A DNA stretch of 64,000 bases from Callorhinchus milii (Eukaryota). The stretch is from NCBI RefSeq assembly GCF_018977255.1, contig NW_024704742.1, positions 129,024,001 to 129,088,000 on the forward strand, given 5' to 3'. Below, piece after piece: positions 24,030-36,935 of the stretch. A program made the translations under genes and the position numbers. The notes below the pieces were generated by a model. The model did no database searches. It worked only from the letters and a program-made list of their open reading frames with translations, and was not told the origin of the DNA. Numbering within the stretch: position 1 is the stretch's first letter; the number at the start of each line of letters is the position of its first letter.

Positions 24030-24540
24030 CTTTGGAACGAAACTGGATGAAGGTGACATGTTTGGTAACTGAATGTAAGAATCGAGCCAAGCCTCTATGG
24101 GAGTCATCCCACTCAGCTCCTGTTAACCTGGCTCCAAGGTGACATGCTTGGCAATGGAATATTGGAACTGAGTCTCGGTAGACCGGTTCCTAAGCAAGGC
24201 AAGTCTGGGGTTAGGGCAGACCAGTCAATGGGGGCAGGGATTTTTTCCACTCATCTCCCGTTAACCCTGTAAGCCAAACCCTAATGGGTAGAGTGGTTGA
24301 AGCTAGACAAACAGCAGGAAGCTTGCCAGACAGTGCTTTCAATGGCAAGCTATACATTTTAGGCTGGTTAAATCTCCAGTAGTACCCCAACACACATTCC
24401 GGGGTCGCTAAGGCTTGTCTCCTGACAATCTATAGTATTCTCTTGAATTTGGTAAACTGGATGAGTCCCTTCAGGGAGAGAGTGTACATTCGATTCCAAA
24501 CACAAGAATTTCCATGTGTAGGTGGCATGCAAGGAACTCT
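24030..24540 (+). repeat. Unclassified interspersed repeat family; copies at ~845-1085, ~25700-26080, ~26265-26385(-), ~28345-28650, ~54980-55230, ~58040-58165, ~63290-63600(-)
   Basis: Shared blocks CTGGCTCCAAGGTGACAT, CCCACTCAGCTCCTGTTAA, CTTTCAATGGCAA, TAGCTGGTTAAA and CCAGAATTAGGTAAGCA. Confidence 0.7.
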
Positions 24541-24719
24541 CAGTTTGCTTTGAAAACTCTTAAGCATGGTGATGGGTTTCCGTAAGTGTTCAACACCCAG
24601 CTGCTTTAAAAAAAAGCAGAACAGTAAATACTTTGCAAGTAGCACTGCCTTCAGGATTAGGTAGTGACTTAGTAAACATTTGCTTCCATCCAGTTTTCAA
24701 GAATTGAATTTGACAGTAA

Positions 24720-26760
24720 TTTGTATTACATCAGAATGCAGGAATGCAGAGATCCATCTGGCGGATCCCAAAGTAACTTTTGTTTCTTTTTTAAAAAATA
24801 AACAATTCTGCATTACCCCATCTATAATACCCTCAAAATGAATTATTTGCCAATTCTTCTTGAATTCTTCTTTGAATTTGTTCACACACGTTACCGCCCT
24901 AGTGAATCCAGAAAACATGCTCACTATTTTCTGTATGAAATAATATCATTTTAACTGTCTGTTCACTTTGCTTCTGTTGAGCTATGATTCTATATCCCTT
25001 GTTCTGGGATTTTTGACCATGTTAAACATATTACCTGAGCTCAATTTATCTATGCCTTTTGAGATTTGGATATTTCAATAAGATATTGCAGCTTTCTCTT
25101 TAGTGTGAAATTTCCAGCTTCTAGAACCTCTCCTCATAATACATTGCCCAAAGTCCAGCTATCCATCTTTTTGCCCTTCACTGTAACTTCCCAAAGCCAA
25201 GATTCCCTTATAATGTAAGCACTAGCATTATATGAAGTGCTTCAGATATTGAGGTTATTGAGTGGAGTCCTGTAGCTCAGTAGTTAGAGCACCTGCCTCA
25301 CAAGCGAGCAATTGGCAAATAATTCATTATGAGGGTATTATAGATGGAGTGCAAAACACTGGGCAAGTTTTCTTACTCCACATACCTTTATTTACCTAGC
25401 AGTAAGTAGGAACCCGATTTTTAGTCGATTGACAGATTGCTTTTCCAGAGGTAATAATTCATTCAAAAATAATAATAATAATAAATTGGTCACTCAATCC
25501 AGGTCTGTTTGTGAGACACTGCTATGCGCAATTGGCTGTCGCATCTAGCCCACAAAATATGCACAATTCACTTCACAATACATTTTGTGAAGCGTTTTGA
25601 GACGTCTTGAAACGTGATAAGGCGCTATATCAAATGCAAGGATTATCATTATTATTGTTAAATCAGCTCCAGCAAGAAAGACAATGTAAGGTGGTACATT
25701 GTAGACCTGAACTGGCTCCAAGGTGCCATACTTGGCAACAGAATGTTGGAATTGAGTCAATCAGCTGGGGTAGTCTTTGTAGTCCAGTTCCTCAGCGAGG
25801 CAGGTTCACAGTACTCCACAACACTGCTGATGACAGACCAGCCAACCTGGCTCAACAGCAGGAAATAGTGGTCAGAACAATTAGTGGGTATTCTTCCCAC
25901 TCAGCTGGTGTTAACACTGCAAGTCAAAGCTCTAATGGTCGTCCTAGCTGGATGCTTGTCAGAAAGTCCTTTCAATTGTAAATTATGTGGTTTTAGCTGT
26001 TTAAACGCCAGCATAATTCCCAAAGCACACCTTGGGGTCTCCAAGTTTTGGCTCTTGCCAATCTGGGCTTTATTACGCTGCTGATTTAGATAAACAACAA
26101 CAAGATTACATTTGTATAGCACCGTTCAGGTATACCTCAGGGAGAGAATGTGCATTTCATTCCAGGCATCCATTGAACTCTCAGTCTGGTTTAAATATTT
26201 TTCTGCATTGTGTCAGACACCCGACTGACCATAAAATTAGAATGACACACATGCCACACAAGTACACTTGGGGACCCCAAGTGTGCTTTGGGAGTTATGC
26301 TGGTATTCAACCAGCTAAAACCACATGGCTTGCCATTGAAAGGACTTTCTGACAAGCTTCCTGCTGCTTGTCCAGCTAGGACGATATATTATAAAGTAAA
26401 AAAGCACGTTTTCTATTTCTGTAAGTTAAGTAACAACTTTTTTCTGAAAAGTATCAAATTCATCAAATATTTTGAACGAAGTTAGCTGAGATGGGGAGGA
26501 TACATTCTATGTACTGCACGATGAAATATTCTTGTGAATGTTCATACAGTTTCTTGTTACTGTTTCTTGACCTGAAATCTCACCTGGTTTGGGCTGAATT
26601 TTGCATTAAAAAAATCTTAATATCATCTTTGATGTTGAAGCCAGTTTTATGCTAATCATTAAACAAATACTGTGGAAAATCAACTTCAGAATTAAGAATG
26701 AATCTAAGGATTTTCCAGAATTCCGCATGATCTGAACTTTTAGGAGAATAACCTTGAGGT
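24720..26760 (-). pseudogene. Two weaker RNF213-like pieces inside spag8 intron 4 (~26583-26760 and ~24720-24890)
   Basis: EFWKILRFILNSEVDFPQYLFND*...DDIKIFLMQ ends at an AG|GTGAG donor. KEEFKKNWQIIHF...FLHSDV vs REVRAQWSRIFS...LRENSDV. Confidence 0.35.
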
Positions 26761-27223
26761 TAACAACAGGTGGAATTTCAGGTGCTAGGAATGAATTGGG
26801 ACTGAGCAAAGGGTGTGACAAATAACCTGCAGTTCCCTTGGTTATCAAATACTGTAACTAGGGTTACAAAAAAAAATTATTGCAGAAGCCAGGATTCATT
26901 AAAATAGCTTTACTTTCCATTCCAAGCAGCTTTTACTGAGTTTTCCACGTGACATGTTTACTGTCAGTAAAGTGTCAGTGAAGTATAAACTGATATTTCC
27001 CTCCTGCCTACTTTTTGGAAAAACATTGCTTGATATCTGCTCCCCGCCCCCCACACAATGCGTGCACATTACACACATGCATTTATAAAGTGTGAGTGTG
27101 CCAAATGCCTGGACCTTTCTACCTTTTCCATGTCTTGATGACTGGGCTCCGCAGTTTATTTGTACCGTGTGCTCAGGCGTGAAGCTAAATAATCGGTGAC
27201 TTGTGCTCGCTCGGGTTGCCTAC

Positions 27224-27344
27224 CTTAGTAGGCTGAGGCGGGGTGGATGTAAAGCCTTTGATTCTGAAGTCTCGTCCTGTTACTGACGACTGTTCCATTG
27301 GTTCCATTGCAGGGCCGGAGTTAAACTCTTTGAACACATCCTTG
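27224..27344 (-). CDS. spag8: spag8 exon 4 (121 bp): (S)KDVFKEFNSGPAMEPMEQSSVTGRDFRIKGFTSTPPQPTK
   Basis: Acceptor ttcccatcttag, donor AAG|GTAGGC. It matches SPAG8 KEVQAEQEP...ESVTHHDYR...PAPTK. Confidence 0.9.
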
Positions 27345-27984
27345 CTAAGATGGGAAAGTAAGATTGAGGATGAGGAAGATATCAGCGAAGGACACTGCTA
27401 GATCTTATGTCTAGCATTGACCTGCATGCCTTTGCCTCCTCCCCCACTTCCAGCATCTGCCACCAGTGCTGCAAGAAAAACACAGGCTACTGAAGCCGCT
27501 CAAATTCTTGCATTCCACATATGGTGCACATGTGGTAACACAAACTAGAAGGAACAAAACAGCTGGCCTCAGTTCTGCCTGTTTTATTTTCAGGCAAAAA
27601 AGGCAAGTTCCATAATACGCTGAGGAAATGTAGTTCAATTAAAACATCCAAAGTGCAAAGCACTATTAGTTATTTGTGTCAGAGGAAGGAAAACATAAAA
27701 AGGGCTTTAACAAAAGCAGATGTGCGTAATGGCTAATGTTTCCGAAGTAGCTTTTGAAAGCAGTTTCACTCACCTACAGAATATGGTGTTATAGTAATAA
27801 AAACCTAACTAAACTTTCACTGTTATTCCAACCAACACAAAGACGTCTTTCAATCTTCGCTCTTTGCTACCTAATCTCAGATAGGTTGGTAATGAGCGGC
27901 CAGTCAGAGGGATTTGCATGGGAGGCCACCAGCAAGTAATTTACTCGTACACAAAGGTTGAAGGAAAAACCGAGCTGCAGGAGA

Positions 27985-28345
27985 GAGAAAAATACGCCAG
28001 TTCAAAAGGAGCGTGGGATCGTTTTCCAATTTTAACAGTGTTTGAAGCGGACGGACCATGAAAATTATTTCCAGAAAAGGAATGCTGATACTTTAACTCT
28101 GGAAAGAAAATGAAGGAGAAGAAAAAATAGATACGCATTTCACATTTCTCTACTGAACGTGGGCTTGTACCAATGCACTCAATGGCACTCCGCACTCAGA
28201 TTTGTAATCGGACAGAAAAGTTGCTTTTATTCATAATCTGCTTAGTTATTCAACGGTAATATTGTAAAGCCAAACAAGTGTAAAGTATTTGAGGGCACCG
28301 CAGTTCACACTCCAGCCAGTGAGCCTCATTGGAAGCATTTTGAGG
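27985..28345 (-). pseudogene. RNF213-like relic (E3 back region) inside spag8 intron 3
   Basis: QNASNEAHWLEC/GALKYFTLVWLYNITVE*LSRL vs REACNQDALQEAGTFRHTLWKRVQGAVTPLLASM. APF/NWRIF vs VPFSWKIK. Confidence 0.6.
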
Positions 28346-29831
28346 GAGCGGAATTCTTCCCACTTGGGTACCCTGCTAACCTCCTTTAGCCCTGCAATCC
28401 AAACCCTTATCGGGTAGGGTGGTCCTGGCTGGACAAGATGCGGGAAGATTGTCAGACGGTGCCAAGCTATACATTTTTATCTTGTTGAACTCCAATGGTA
28501 ACCCCAGCACACTCTCTGGGATTGCTAAGCCTTTTCTCCTGCCGACCTGAACCCAATTACTCTCCAGAATTAAGTAAACATGGTGCGAACCTCCAGGGAG
28601 AGAGTAGAAATTTCGCTCACAGGGAAATTTCCATGTGTGGGTGGCATACATACTTATGTGAAGCTTTTATTCTGGTTTGGACACACATAAGCATGGTGAT
28701 AGTTTCTGCATGTGTCAGATAAAAAAAAACAATGGTAATAAGCTTTGATATTACATTTCCCCAATGTCAAAACCATTCCAAAGCATTTCTTACAATGAGT
28801 TATGTTGAAGTATGTAGCCAATGCAGCAGCTAATCTGTGCCAAAATATCCCACAAGCAGCAATAATATGAATTATGAAATTGATCAATTTAAATTTTGGA
28901 TGAATGAGATATATTGATAGAACTCTGTTGCCTTTCTCTGAAAGAGTTCCGTGTGGCCTTTAACAGCAAAACAAGTAATCAGGAGCCAATTTCAACCCTT
29001 GTTGAATAACGTCTCCAACAATTCAGTATCCCTTAGAACTGTACTAGATCATCAGCCCATCTGAAGAGCTCAAGCTCAAGGCCATAATCTTCTGATCCAG
29101 AGGTAACACTATAATCTTACATTATTTCCTAAAATGTTTCCAAGTGCGCTAACAACCTAATACAGTTGATAATTGTGCTGATTTATCTTTGAACCAGCAA
29201 CAACAGTATAATCAAAAGATCTCAAAGCCCTTCACAAGCAATTACTGTCATGTACAGTGACTGTGTGGTTATAGGCAAACTCAGTAGCCAATGTGCCGAT
29301 AGCAAGTTTTTGGAGATTGTCAGACGTTTTCACTGTAGCAGTGAACAAAAGTACAAATATTACAATAATAAAGTTACTCAAACATATAATGCAATATTAG
29401 CCCTAACCATCAAATGTAAAACATTCTTTAGAAGCATTACCAGTGCTCGTCCTCTGATCCCTTTTTCTGTTCTGCTCTCTTGTCTTTACCTATCCTCTTC
29501 TTCGCTTATCCTTACTCTCCCTTTTTCTGTCTCAATCTATCTGATTAGTATGTGCTATGTGCACTGCAGATTACATATTGTGCACTACCCTCACTCAACA
29601 AGTCAGTCTTTCCCATACAAAATGTATTGTACACAAGGATATAAGACAAAATTGAAATCAGGCATCTTAATGAGAATATTGAAACCCAATAAATAAGGAT
29701 AAAAAGTGTGTTGAAATTAGATGAAGAACATATGTTCAGTTATTTTGATGACTAAATATGATCCGAGACATGTAACAGATCAGTGTTTAGTGCAAGTTGG
29801 ACAGAACTGTCTGTTTCCTCTTATGACTCAC

Positions 29832-29877
29832 CTTATGTTTTGACTCACACACTTTTCAATGGTCCGTTCCTTTATTC
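29832..29877 (-). CDS. spag8: spag8 exon 3 (46 bp): (G)IKERTIEKCVSQNI(S)
   Basis: Acceptor ttcctcttacag, donor AG|GTGAGT. Its phases (1 in, 2 out) link exons 2 and 4 exactly. It aligns with SPAG8 GKREAMLEMLLQHQIC. Confidence 0.88.
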
Positions 29878-30429
29878 CTGTAAGAGGAACATAAGGAAGT
29901 TACTTTGCAGATAAGAAATGGCAATGGGTCTACTCTTAATGCTACAAAAGAAAACTAGTGGGGTGGTTATTCTGAAGATGAGGTAAAATGAGCCAAGATG
30001 TTTTTTCAGCCATAGTTCTCTTGTAATTTTGTTTTTTTTAAAATCTTAAGTGGCTTAAACTGGCTATAACCTTTCGCCCACAAAATATACAGTCAATTCA
30101 CTTTACAATATATTCTGTGAAGCACTTTGAGACATCTCAAAGACGTGATAAGACACTATATTAAATGCAATGATTATTATTATTACTATTATAACTATAA
30201 AACTCTCCTATCTCCACATGTGCAGTAGACCATCCTTGCCAGGCTCCATTGGTTCCCTAACCTCAAATGAAGGTTAACCCCTAACCTCAACATTAAGATC
30301 TTTATCCTAACGTTCAAATACCTCCACAGCTTTACTCCACTTTAACTCCGTGATTTCTTCTGGTCCTATTCGACCTTCAACACACTCTACTCAACTAACT
30401 CTAGCCTGCTTCATGCCCCGCCCCCCCGT

Positions 30430-31270
30430 AGCCTTTTAGCTAAAATTAAGGGACATGATGGCGTTGACGACAAGATTGTGTCATGGATAGGAAATTGGTT
30501 AGGAGATTGGAGGCGGAGAGTTGGTATAAAAAGGATGTTCTCTGATTTGCAAGTGTCAAGTGTTGTCCACTTGGGATTTGTGCTGGGCCTCAGTTTTTCA
30601 CCCTGCATACCAATGACCTAGATACAAGAATAGAGGGACTATTTCTAAGTTTGTGGATATCACTAAAATAATAAGAGTTGTACACTCTGAAGAGGACGGT
30701 GAAAATTTCAGAGACATAGACAGATTAAGCAAATAGGGAGAACTATGGCAAATAGAGTTTAATTTGCAAAGTGTAAGACAGTACACTTCAGGTACTACAA
30801 TAATAGTTGGAAGCATGTTCCAAACGGGGAAGCACCAGGAAGAGTAGACAAGCAAAGAAATCTTGGGATTCAAATCCATGTCATTAAAATCTGGTTCACA
30901 GGTGCAGAAAGCAGTCAATAAGACAAATGTGATGTCTTTTATTACAAGAGGTCTGGAATACAATAGAAAGGAGGTGCTGTTCCAGTTATACTGGAGTCCC
31001 ATGAAGGAGATTGCAGTAGAATGCAGGAAGACATAAACATTGCTAGTAGAATGAGCATATAAATGGCAGCTGAAGAATAATGTTAGGAACTAATTCACTC
31101 TGGTAGGGAAAATAAAGAGGCCAGCTATAGGCTAGATCCTTCCCGTGAGGGAGAGGGGAATAGAAGGCAGGGAGGAAGGAATGGATGAAGACTCACGTGG
31201 AGTCTTTGGCAGGGAGGGACTGGTTGGACTGAGTGGCCTGTTTCCATGCCGTACATTCTTTGCAATCTTC
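30430..31270 (+). mobile_element. Old degraded CR1 RT fragment in spag8 intron 2; another CR1 piece at ~35285-35700(-)
   Basis: WIGNWLGDWRRRVG, SKFVDITK, RGLEYNRKEVL-type remnants. Confidence 0.7.
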
Positions 31271-31627
31271 TTTGTAGTTAGAACAGAGATCGAGAAGTAC
31301 TTCTTCACACAGAGTGGTTCGGTTCAATCCTCAGTTCTCCTTCCTTCCACAGATTTGGTCCCTGACCAAGACCGCTTTTCTTCATCCTTGCCACATTGCC
31401 CCACTCTGTCTCTATGTCACACCAAATGCCACCAAAATCTTCAGTCGTGCATTTGATACCTCCTGACTCGACTGTTCAAATTCATTCTGAGTTCTCCCTG
31501 CATGAAAGGCACTATATATAGCTTTATATATATAGCTTTACCTACTGCAGCTTTGCTTGCAACCAAAGTATTCAATATGGAATGTAGTTTGACACACAGA
31601 AAGACATTTTGTCTTTATCTATACTCA

Positions 31628-32373
31628 GCTAGGAGGTCTCCTTTTGGGAGGACACAGTGGGAGGTCTCCTGTAACATATTTTCTCTCAGTCTCTCACAGT
31701 CTCAGTCTCTCACAGTCTCTCTCTCTCTGTCTCTCTCTCTCTCAATCTCTCCCTCAGTCTCTTTCTCAGTCTCTCTCTCTGTGTCTCTCACTCTCCTTCA
31801 GTCTCTCTCTCTCTGTCTCTCTCACAAAACATAGTCACTACACTTCATATATTCTCTCTCAGTCGCTCTGTCTCTCTCCCAGACTCTCTATCTCAGTCTG
31901 TCTCTGTCTGTCTCTCTCTGTCTGTCTCTGTCTCTCGCTCTGTCTCTCGCTCTCTGTCTCTCACTCTCTCTGACTATCTCAGTCTCTCTCTCTCTCTCAG
32001 TCTGTCTCTCTCAGTCTCTCTATCTCTCTCAGTTTCTTTCTGTCTGTCTGTCCCACAGGAGAGGACTGTAGCTCACATGAGAATATAGATGTATCTCTCT
32101 GAATGGTGTGTGCTTTCCTCTGTCACTACATAGTTGCAGAATACGATGCATACCTCATTTTGAGGGCATAATTAAAGCTTTTTTTTAAATATAGCTCATC
32201 AATGATAGGAGATTCCCCCAAAAAATATGCCTATGACACTGCCAGTTGCAAGACCTTTCCAATGAGGTAGCAAGTCATGTCTCTACGTCCATCGGTTATA
32301 GCATGATTAATGGTTACACTGACAAACAGCCAGACACACAGACACATAGACATTTCATCTTTATCAGTATAGA
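31628..32373 (-). mobile_element. Possible non-autonomous Helitron-like element carrying a (GA/TC)n tract
   Basis: The minus strand begins A|TCTATACTGATAAAGATGAAATGTCTATGTGTCTG. A CTAG preceded by short GGAG/CTCC repeats lies near 31630. The 3' end is not textbook. Confidence 0.35.
31680..32050. repeat. (TC)n/(TCTG)n microsatellite tract
   Basis: Seen directly in the sequence. Confidence 0.95.
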
Positions 32374-32427
32374 TTTATAAGGAGTCTGTGGTTGTTTTTG
32401 TTGATGTTCTTTGGAACGTTTCCTTAC

Positions 32428-32596
32428 CTTTTGTATGTAAAATATGTCCACAGCAAGGACGAAAATCGTTCCGATATGTCGTAACGTCAGACATTTTGGA
32501 TTCTAAATCAACGGTGAGCAAACCTTTATGTCCATGATTGAACAACTTGAAGTAAGGCACACCCTCCACAGGTTTGTCGATGTCCTTGACAGCTCT
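32428..32596 (-). CDS. spag8: spag8 exon 2 (169 bp): RAVKDIDKPVEGVPYFKLFNHGHKGLLTVDLESKMSDVTTYRNDFRPCCGHILHTK(G)
   Basis: Acceptor ttttccag, donor AAAG|GTAAGG. HGHKGLLT..L.S.M...TT..D matches SPAG8 HGHRGLLTMQLKSPMPSSTTQKDSY. Confidence 0.92.
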
Positions 32597-34051
32597 CTGG
32601 AAAAGAGTTGTAAAAAATAGTTCTTTGACATCAAATTCCATCACACTCATGCTTATTACATTTTTGAACACTTCAAGGTCACTTACTCATATTTCTTTAC
32701 AATTAATAATAACACTTGCATTTAATATATTATCATATCATCGAGAAGTCTCAAAGAGCTGCATAGGACTGAAGTCAATTGTAGTAATTATATGTTGTAG
32801 ATGAATGCAGCATGTCAATTTGCACACAGCACCTCGGAATAATGTCCGAAGATATTAATATCCGAAGGACAAGCAGATATGCTTAAGAATATCCAAAGTC
32901 ATATCCTTAATATCTGTAATTCCCAATTATTCTCTTTTAAACGTCCCTATTGATTCTACTTCAACAGCTTTCTGGGGCAAAGCCTCCCACATCTTCACAA
33001 TCATCAGTGAGAAGAAATGTTTTATGATTTCCCTACTTCGGGAGTGAAAAAGGAATAAAGTAAAAAACAACTTTCCTAACTCTTACAATTCTATTTGATT
33101 GTCTTACAAATAGGCTAATTATAGTGATTCAGTAACGTATTAACTACAAAGGGTGTTGATTGGAAGGCAACAGTCCTGTAATTCTTGATTATTTCATTGA
33201 GTGCATAACGATCAGGTGTAATTGTTTTTCCTGAATTGTAAAATGAATTTGGCAACAAAGGGAGATATTTATTTTCAAATAATTGTCCCCATTGTTTTGC
33301 CATGAGAAGCTCAACAATTAGTGTAGAGGGTTACCTGTTGGGGTGGTTAGCCTCTGTTGAGTATTCTTTGGAAGCCAACACTCTGAAACTAAACCAAATA
33401 AATGGACTTTGGGAACGTTAGATTCAAAAGATGATTTACTCCCAAGTCCATTATCTTAGCGTTTATCAGTTTTGTTTATTCACAAGGTACACCATCAACA
33501 ACTTGCATTTGTATAGCGCGCTTCACACAGGGAGCATCTCCGAGCACTTAACAGTGGCGGAGCCTGACATCCTATCCTCCCTGCCCTCCAGCCCTCCTGA
33601 TCCCAACCATCTGCTCGGGTCCAAATCCCTGACTATCCACCGAAGTGAAAGGCACTATACACATGTTATTTGTTGTACCTGTTGAAGAGGAAGGTCTTCA
33701 GGCATGATCTGAATACAGGGAAGGAGGAAGCAAGGAGGGGGGATTTAGGGAGAGAGTTCCAAAATTTTGCAGTGTGGTGGCTGAAAGCACGGCGGCCGAT
33801 GATGGGAGGGAACAAGGGACAAGCAGGAGGATAGAGCCAGCTGAGCTCAGGCGACGAGTGGTGGAGGGGGGAAGTAAGCAGGTCGGAGAGGTAGCGATGT
33901 GCCAGGGCATGAAGAGATTTGTGAGAGGATCTTTAAGTAAGGTACACGCTTATCAATCCAGTTTCTACTCATCCAATTTCCCTCCCTTCCTTCAATATAT
34001 CTACAGGTATCCCTTAATCTAAAAACCTCTGACATCCAGTATCAGCATCAA

Positions 34052-34235
34052 GCAATCCCAGGGCAGGTACAGCACAACAATGAGGAGTTAAAGCTTCTTT
34101 TAATTTGCTCGACAATGCACCACCTTATGTGATTGTCTACTCCAGAACCATCGCTGCTCACAAGTGAATACACAGAGAACAAGGGCAAACATGTTGCATC
34201 CTCTGAATCCTCTGATATTATGGTGTTTGTTTCCA
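34052..34235 (-). pseudogene. RNF213-like relic inside spag8 intron 1
   Basis: IRGF...FALVLCVF ... IVEQIKRSFNSSLLCCTCPG vs FIGY...ASVVLQVI ... VSEEAKSILLNCATPD. Confidence 0.55.
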
Positions 34236-35796
34236 ATTGATCTGAGGTGTGCAGATAGTCCAGTGAAAATGAAAAACACAATATTGGTTAGGACTGTTAT
34301 CACCAGTGATAATTATTACTGGCGATAGTAATCAAAGGCATTTATTATAAAAAAAACGCAAGATACTGCAGATGCTGGAAATTTGAAACAAAAACAGAAG
34401 TCACTGGGAACACTCAGCAGCTCAGGCAGTATCTATGGGGAAAGGAAAGTGAGTCAACGTTTTGGGTCCACAACCCTTCGTCAGAAACGTGGACTCATTT
34501 TCTTTTCTCCATAGATGCTGCCTGATCTGCATTTATTATTACATCATCAAGCTTTCTAGAACCTTAGCATTGAAATCTCAGTGGGGTGATTTGCTGTGTC
34601 ACAAGCGGCTATGGGCCCAATAATTTACATTAAGTCAGGCAATTCTCAAATGGGACATCACAAGAACAACAACAACCAATGACATTGTACAGCGCCTTTC
34701 ACATTGGAAGGATGTCTCACGGCGCTCGACAGTCAGGGATATGGACCCAAGCTGGGGACTTGGATCAGGAGGGTTGGAGGGCAGGGGGATAGGGGTAGAA
34801 GGGTGACCGAAGGTGCTGTGGAAAAGGAGGGTGTTGAGATGTGCCTTCAAGGAAGCAAGGGAGGGGGGACCGAGGCGAAGGCACCAGAATGTTTACAATG
34901 TGATAACGGTAAATCTCATATTTTTCACCCCAGTGTTTGAAATGGAAGCCTGAAGAGACGTTATCCTAAGTGATGTGCTTTGAGATGCATTAATCAACTG
35001 ATCAGTTGCTATAACAATACAAGGGTTATTATTATCCGTCTTTCGAATGATATGTTAAACCGAGGACCCATCTGCCTGTTCAGGGGGACATTAAAGATCT
35101 TATGGCACTATTTGAAATTTGAGTTTCTCCCAATGTCCTGGCCAGCAATCCCCCAAATAAAATCTGGTCACGTTTCATGGCTGTTTGTGGGACATTACTG
35201 TGCACAATTGTGCTGCTAAGTCGCCTACAGTCACTCCATTTCACAGTAAATTCTGTGAAGTGCATTGAGACGTCCTTCTGACCTGATAACATAAGAATTA
35301 GGAGCAGGAGTAGGCCATTCGGCCCCTCGAGCCTGCCCCGCCATTCGATAAGATCATGGCTGATCTTCAGACCTAACTCTAATTACCTGCCCTATCCCCA
35401 TAGCCCCTAATCCCTCTGTTTTTTAAAAATCTATCAGTCTCAGCCTTGAAAATGTTCAAAGACTGAGCATCTACAGCCTTCTGAAATAACTTCACACTTC
35501 CCCACATTAAATTCCATCTGCCACCGACTCGCCCACTCCCCGAGCCTATCTATATCCCGCTGCAATCTTTTTGCATCATCCTCAGAGCTTACTCTCCCAC
35601 CTCGGTTAGTGTCTTCCGCGAATTTAGATACGTTACATTCAATGTCCTCGTCTCGATCGTTGATGTAAGTTGTAAATAGCTGAGGCCCAAACGCGCTACA
35701 CCAAATGAAACTATTATTATTATTAATAAATGAAAACTATTGTGGAGCTTTGGGAATCCACCAGCCTCGGGAGTCAATAAAAGAAGGGCTCAATAC

Positions 35797-36357
35797 CTCT
35801 TCCTGCCAATTGCCCTGCAGACATTTGCTTTTGATGCGAAGTTGCTCTGCCTCATCATGGTCCTCCTTGGGCTCTGCTGAATCCTTTTCCTCCTCACGTA
35901 CCACAGGCTCGTCCTCTGCACTTTCCTGCACATTCTCAGGACAGGTGCATCCCTCATCCCCCTCCTGTCCCTCTCCTCCACCTTCTTCTTCTACTCTTCG
36001 CTCCTTCTCCTTCCTCTTCATCTCCAGTGCCTCCTGCAGTGCCTTGGGGTCACGGGTCTCGACCTTCTGACCGGCACAGATGCTCCTGCCGATGTGCTGC
36101 AGGTTCTGCACGAAGCGTTTCTCCAGCTCTTCCTTCTGCTGCTCCGCCGGACTCTGCTCCTCGTCCCGGCTGCCACTTTGCTGGGCGAGGAGCGTAGAGG
36201 GATCGCACACAGAGCGGTCCAGCCCTGCCTGTCCCTCCATAGCTGCCTGTCCCTCCTGCCCTGCCTGCCCCCCCTGCCCCCCCAGCGCTGCCTGTCTCCC
36301 CAGCCCGGCCAGCCCCCCCAGCCCTGCATCTCTCCCCAGCCCTGCCTGCCCCTCCAT
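35797..36357 (-). CDS. spag8: spag8 coding exon 1: low-complexity G/Q/A and E/K-rich N-terminus ending ...KSKCLQGNWQEE
   Basis: The ATG at 36357 is in a good Kozak context (gcagctATGG) and follows an in-frame TAG. The donor is GAG|GTATTG at 35797, phase 0. KCLQGNWQEE matches the remembered human SPAG8 motif QCLLYNWEEE. The true start is less certain than the 3' end of the exon. Confidence 0.8.
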
Positions 36358-36850
36358 AGCTGCCTACCGCCCCTGCCCTGTCAGCCCTGCCTGGCCCCTG
36401 CCCTGCCTGCCCTGCCTGTCCCCCTGCCCTGCCTGTCCCCCTGCCCTGCCTGCCTCCCCTGCCCTGCCTGTCCCCCTGCCCTGCCTGCCTGCCCTGCCTT
36501 TCCCCCTGCCCTGCCTGTCCCCCTGCCCTGCCTGCCCTGCCTGTCCCCCTGTCCCACTGCCCTGTCAGCCCTGCCTGCCCTGCCCCCCCTGCCCTGCCTG
36601 TCCCCTGCCCTGTCCCCCTGCCCTGCCTGTCCCCCCTGCCTCCCCTGCCTGTCCCCTGCCCTGCCTGTCCCCTGCCCTGCCTGCCTGCCCTGCCTGCCTG
36701 CCCTGTCAGCCCTGCCTCCCCTGCCCTGCCTGCCCCCCCTGCCCTGCCTGTCCCCCTGTCCCACTACCCTGTCAGCCCTGCCCTGCCCCCCCCTGCCCTG
36801 TCAGCCCTGCCCTGCCCCCCCTGCCCCCTGCCCTGTCAGCCCCCCCTGTC
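36220..36850. repeat. (CCCTG/CCTG/CCTGT)-type GC-rich tandem array overlapping the spag8 5' end
   Basis: Seen directly in the sequence. Confidence 0.95.
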
Positions 36851-36935
36851 TCCTGCCGCCGGAGGGGATACTTTGTTGCAACTTTTCAGCTGTTCCAGTT
36901 ACCAGGGCTCCCACCGCGCAGGCGCCGGACAGGAA

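Noticed and set aside
27800..27870. Alternative spag8 exon 3 candidate (G)SKERRLKDVFVL
   Set aside because: No suitable donor at the needed phase. 29877-29832 has consensus sites and the right 46-bp length.
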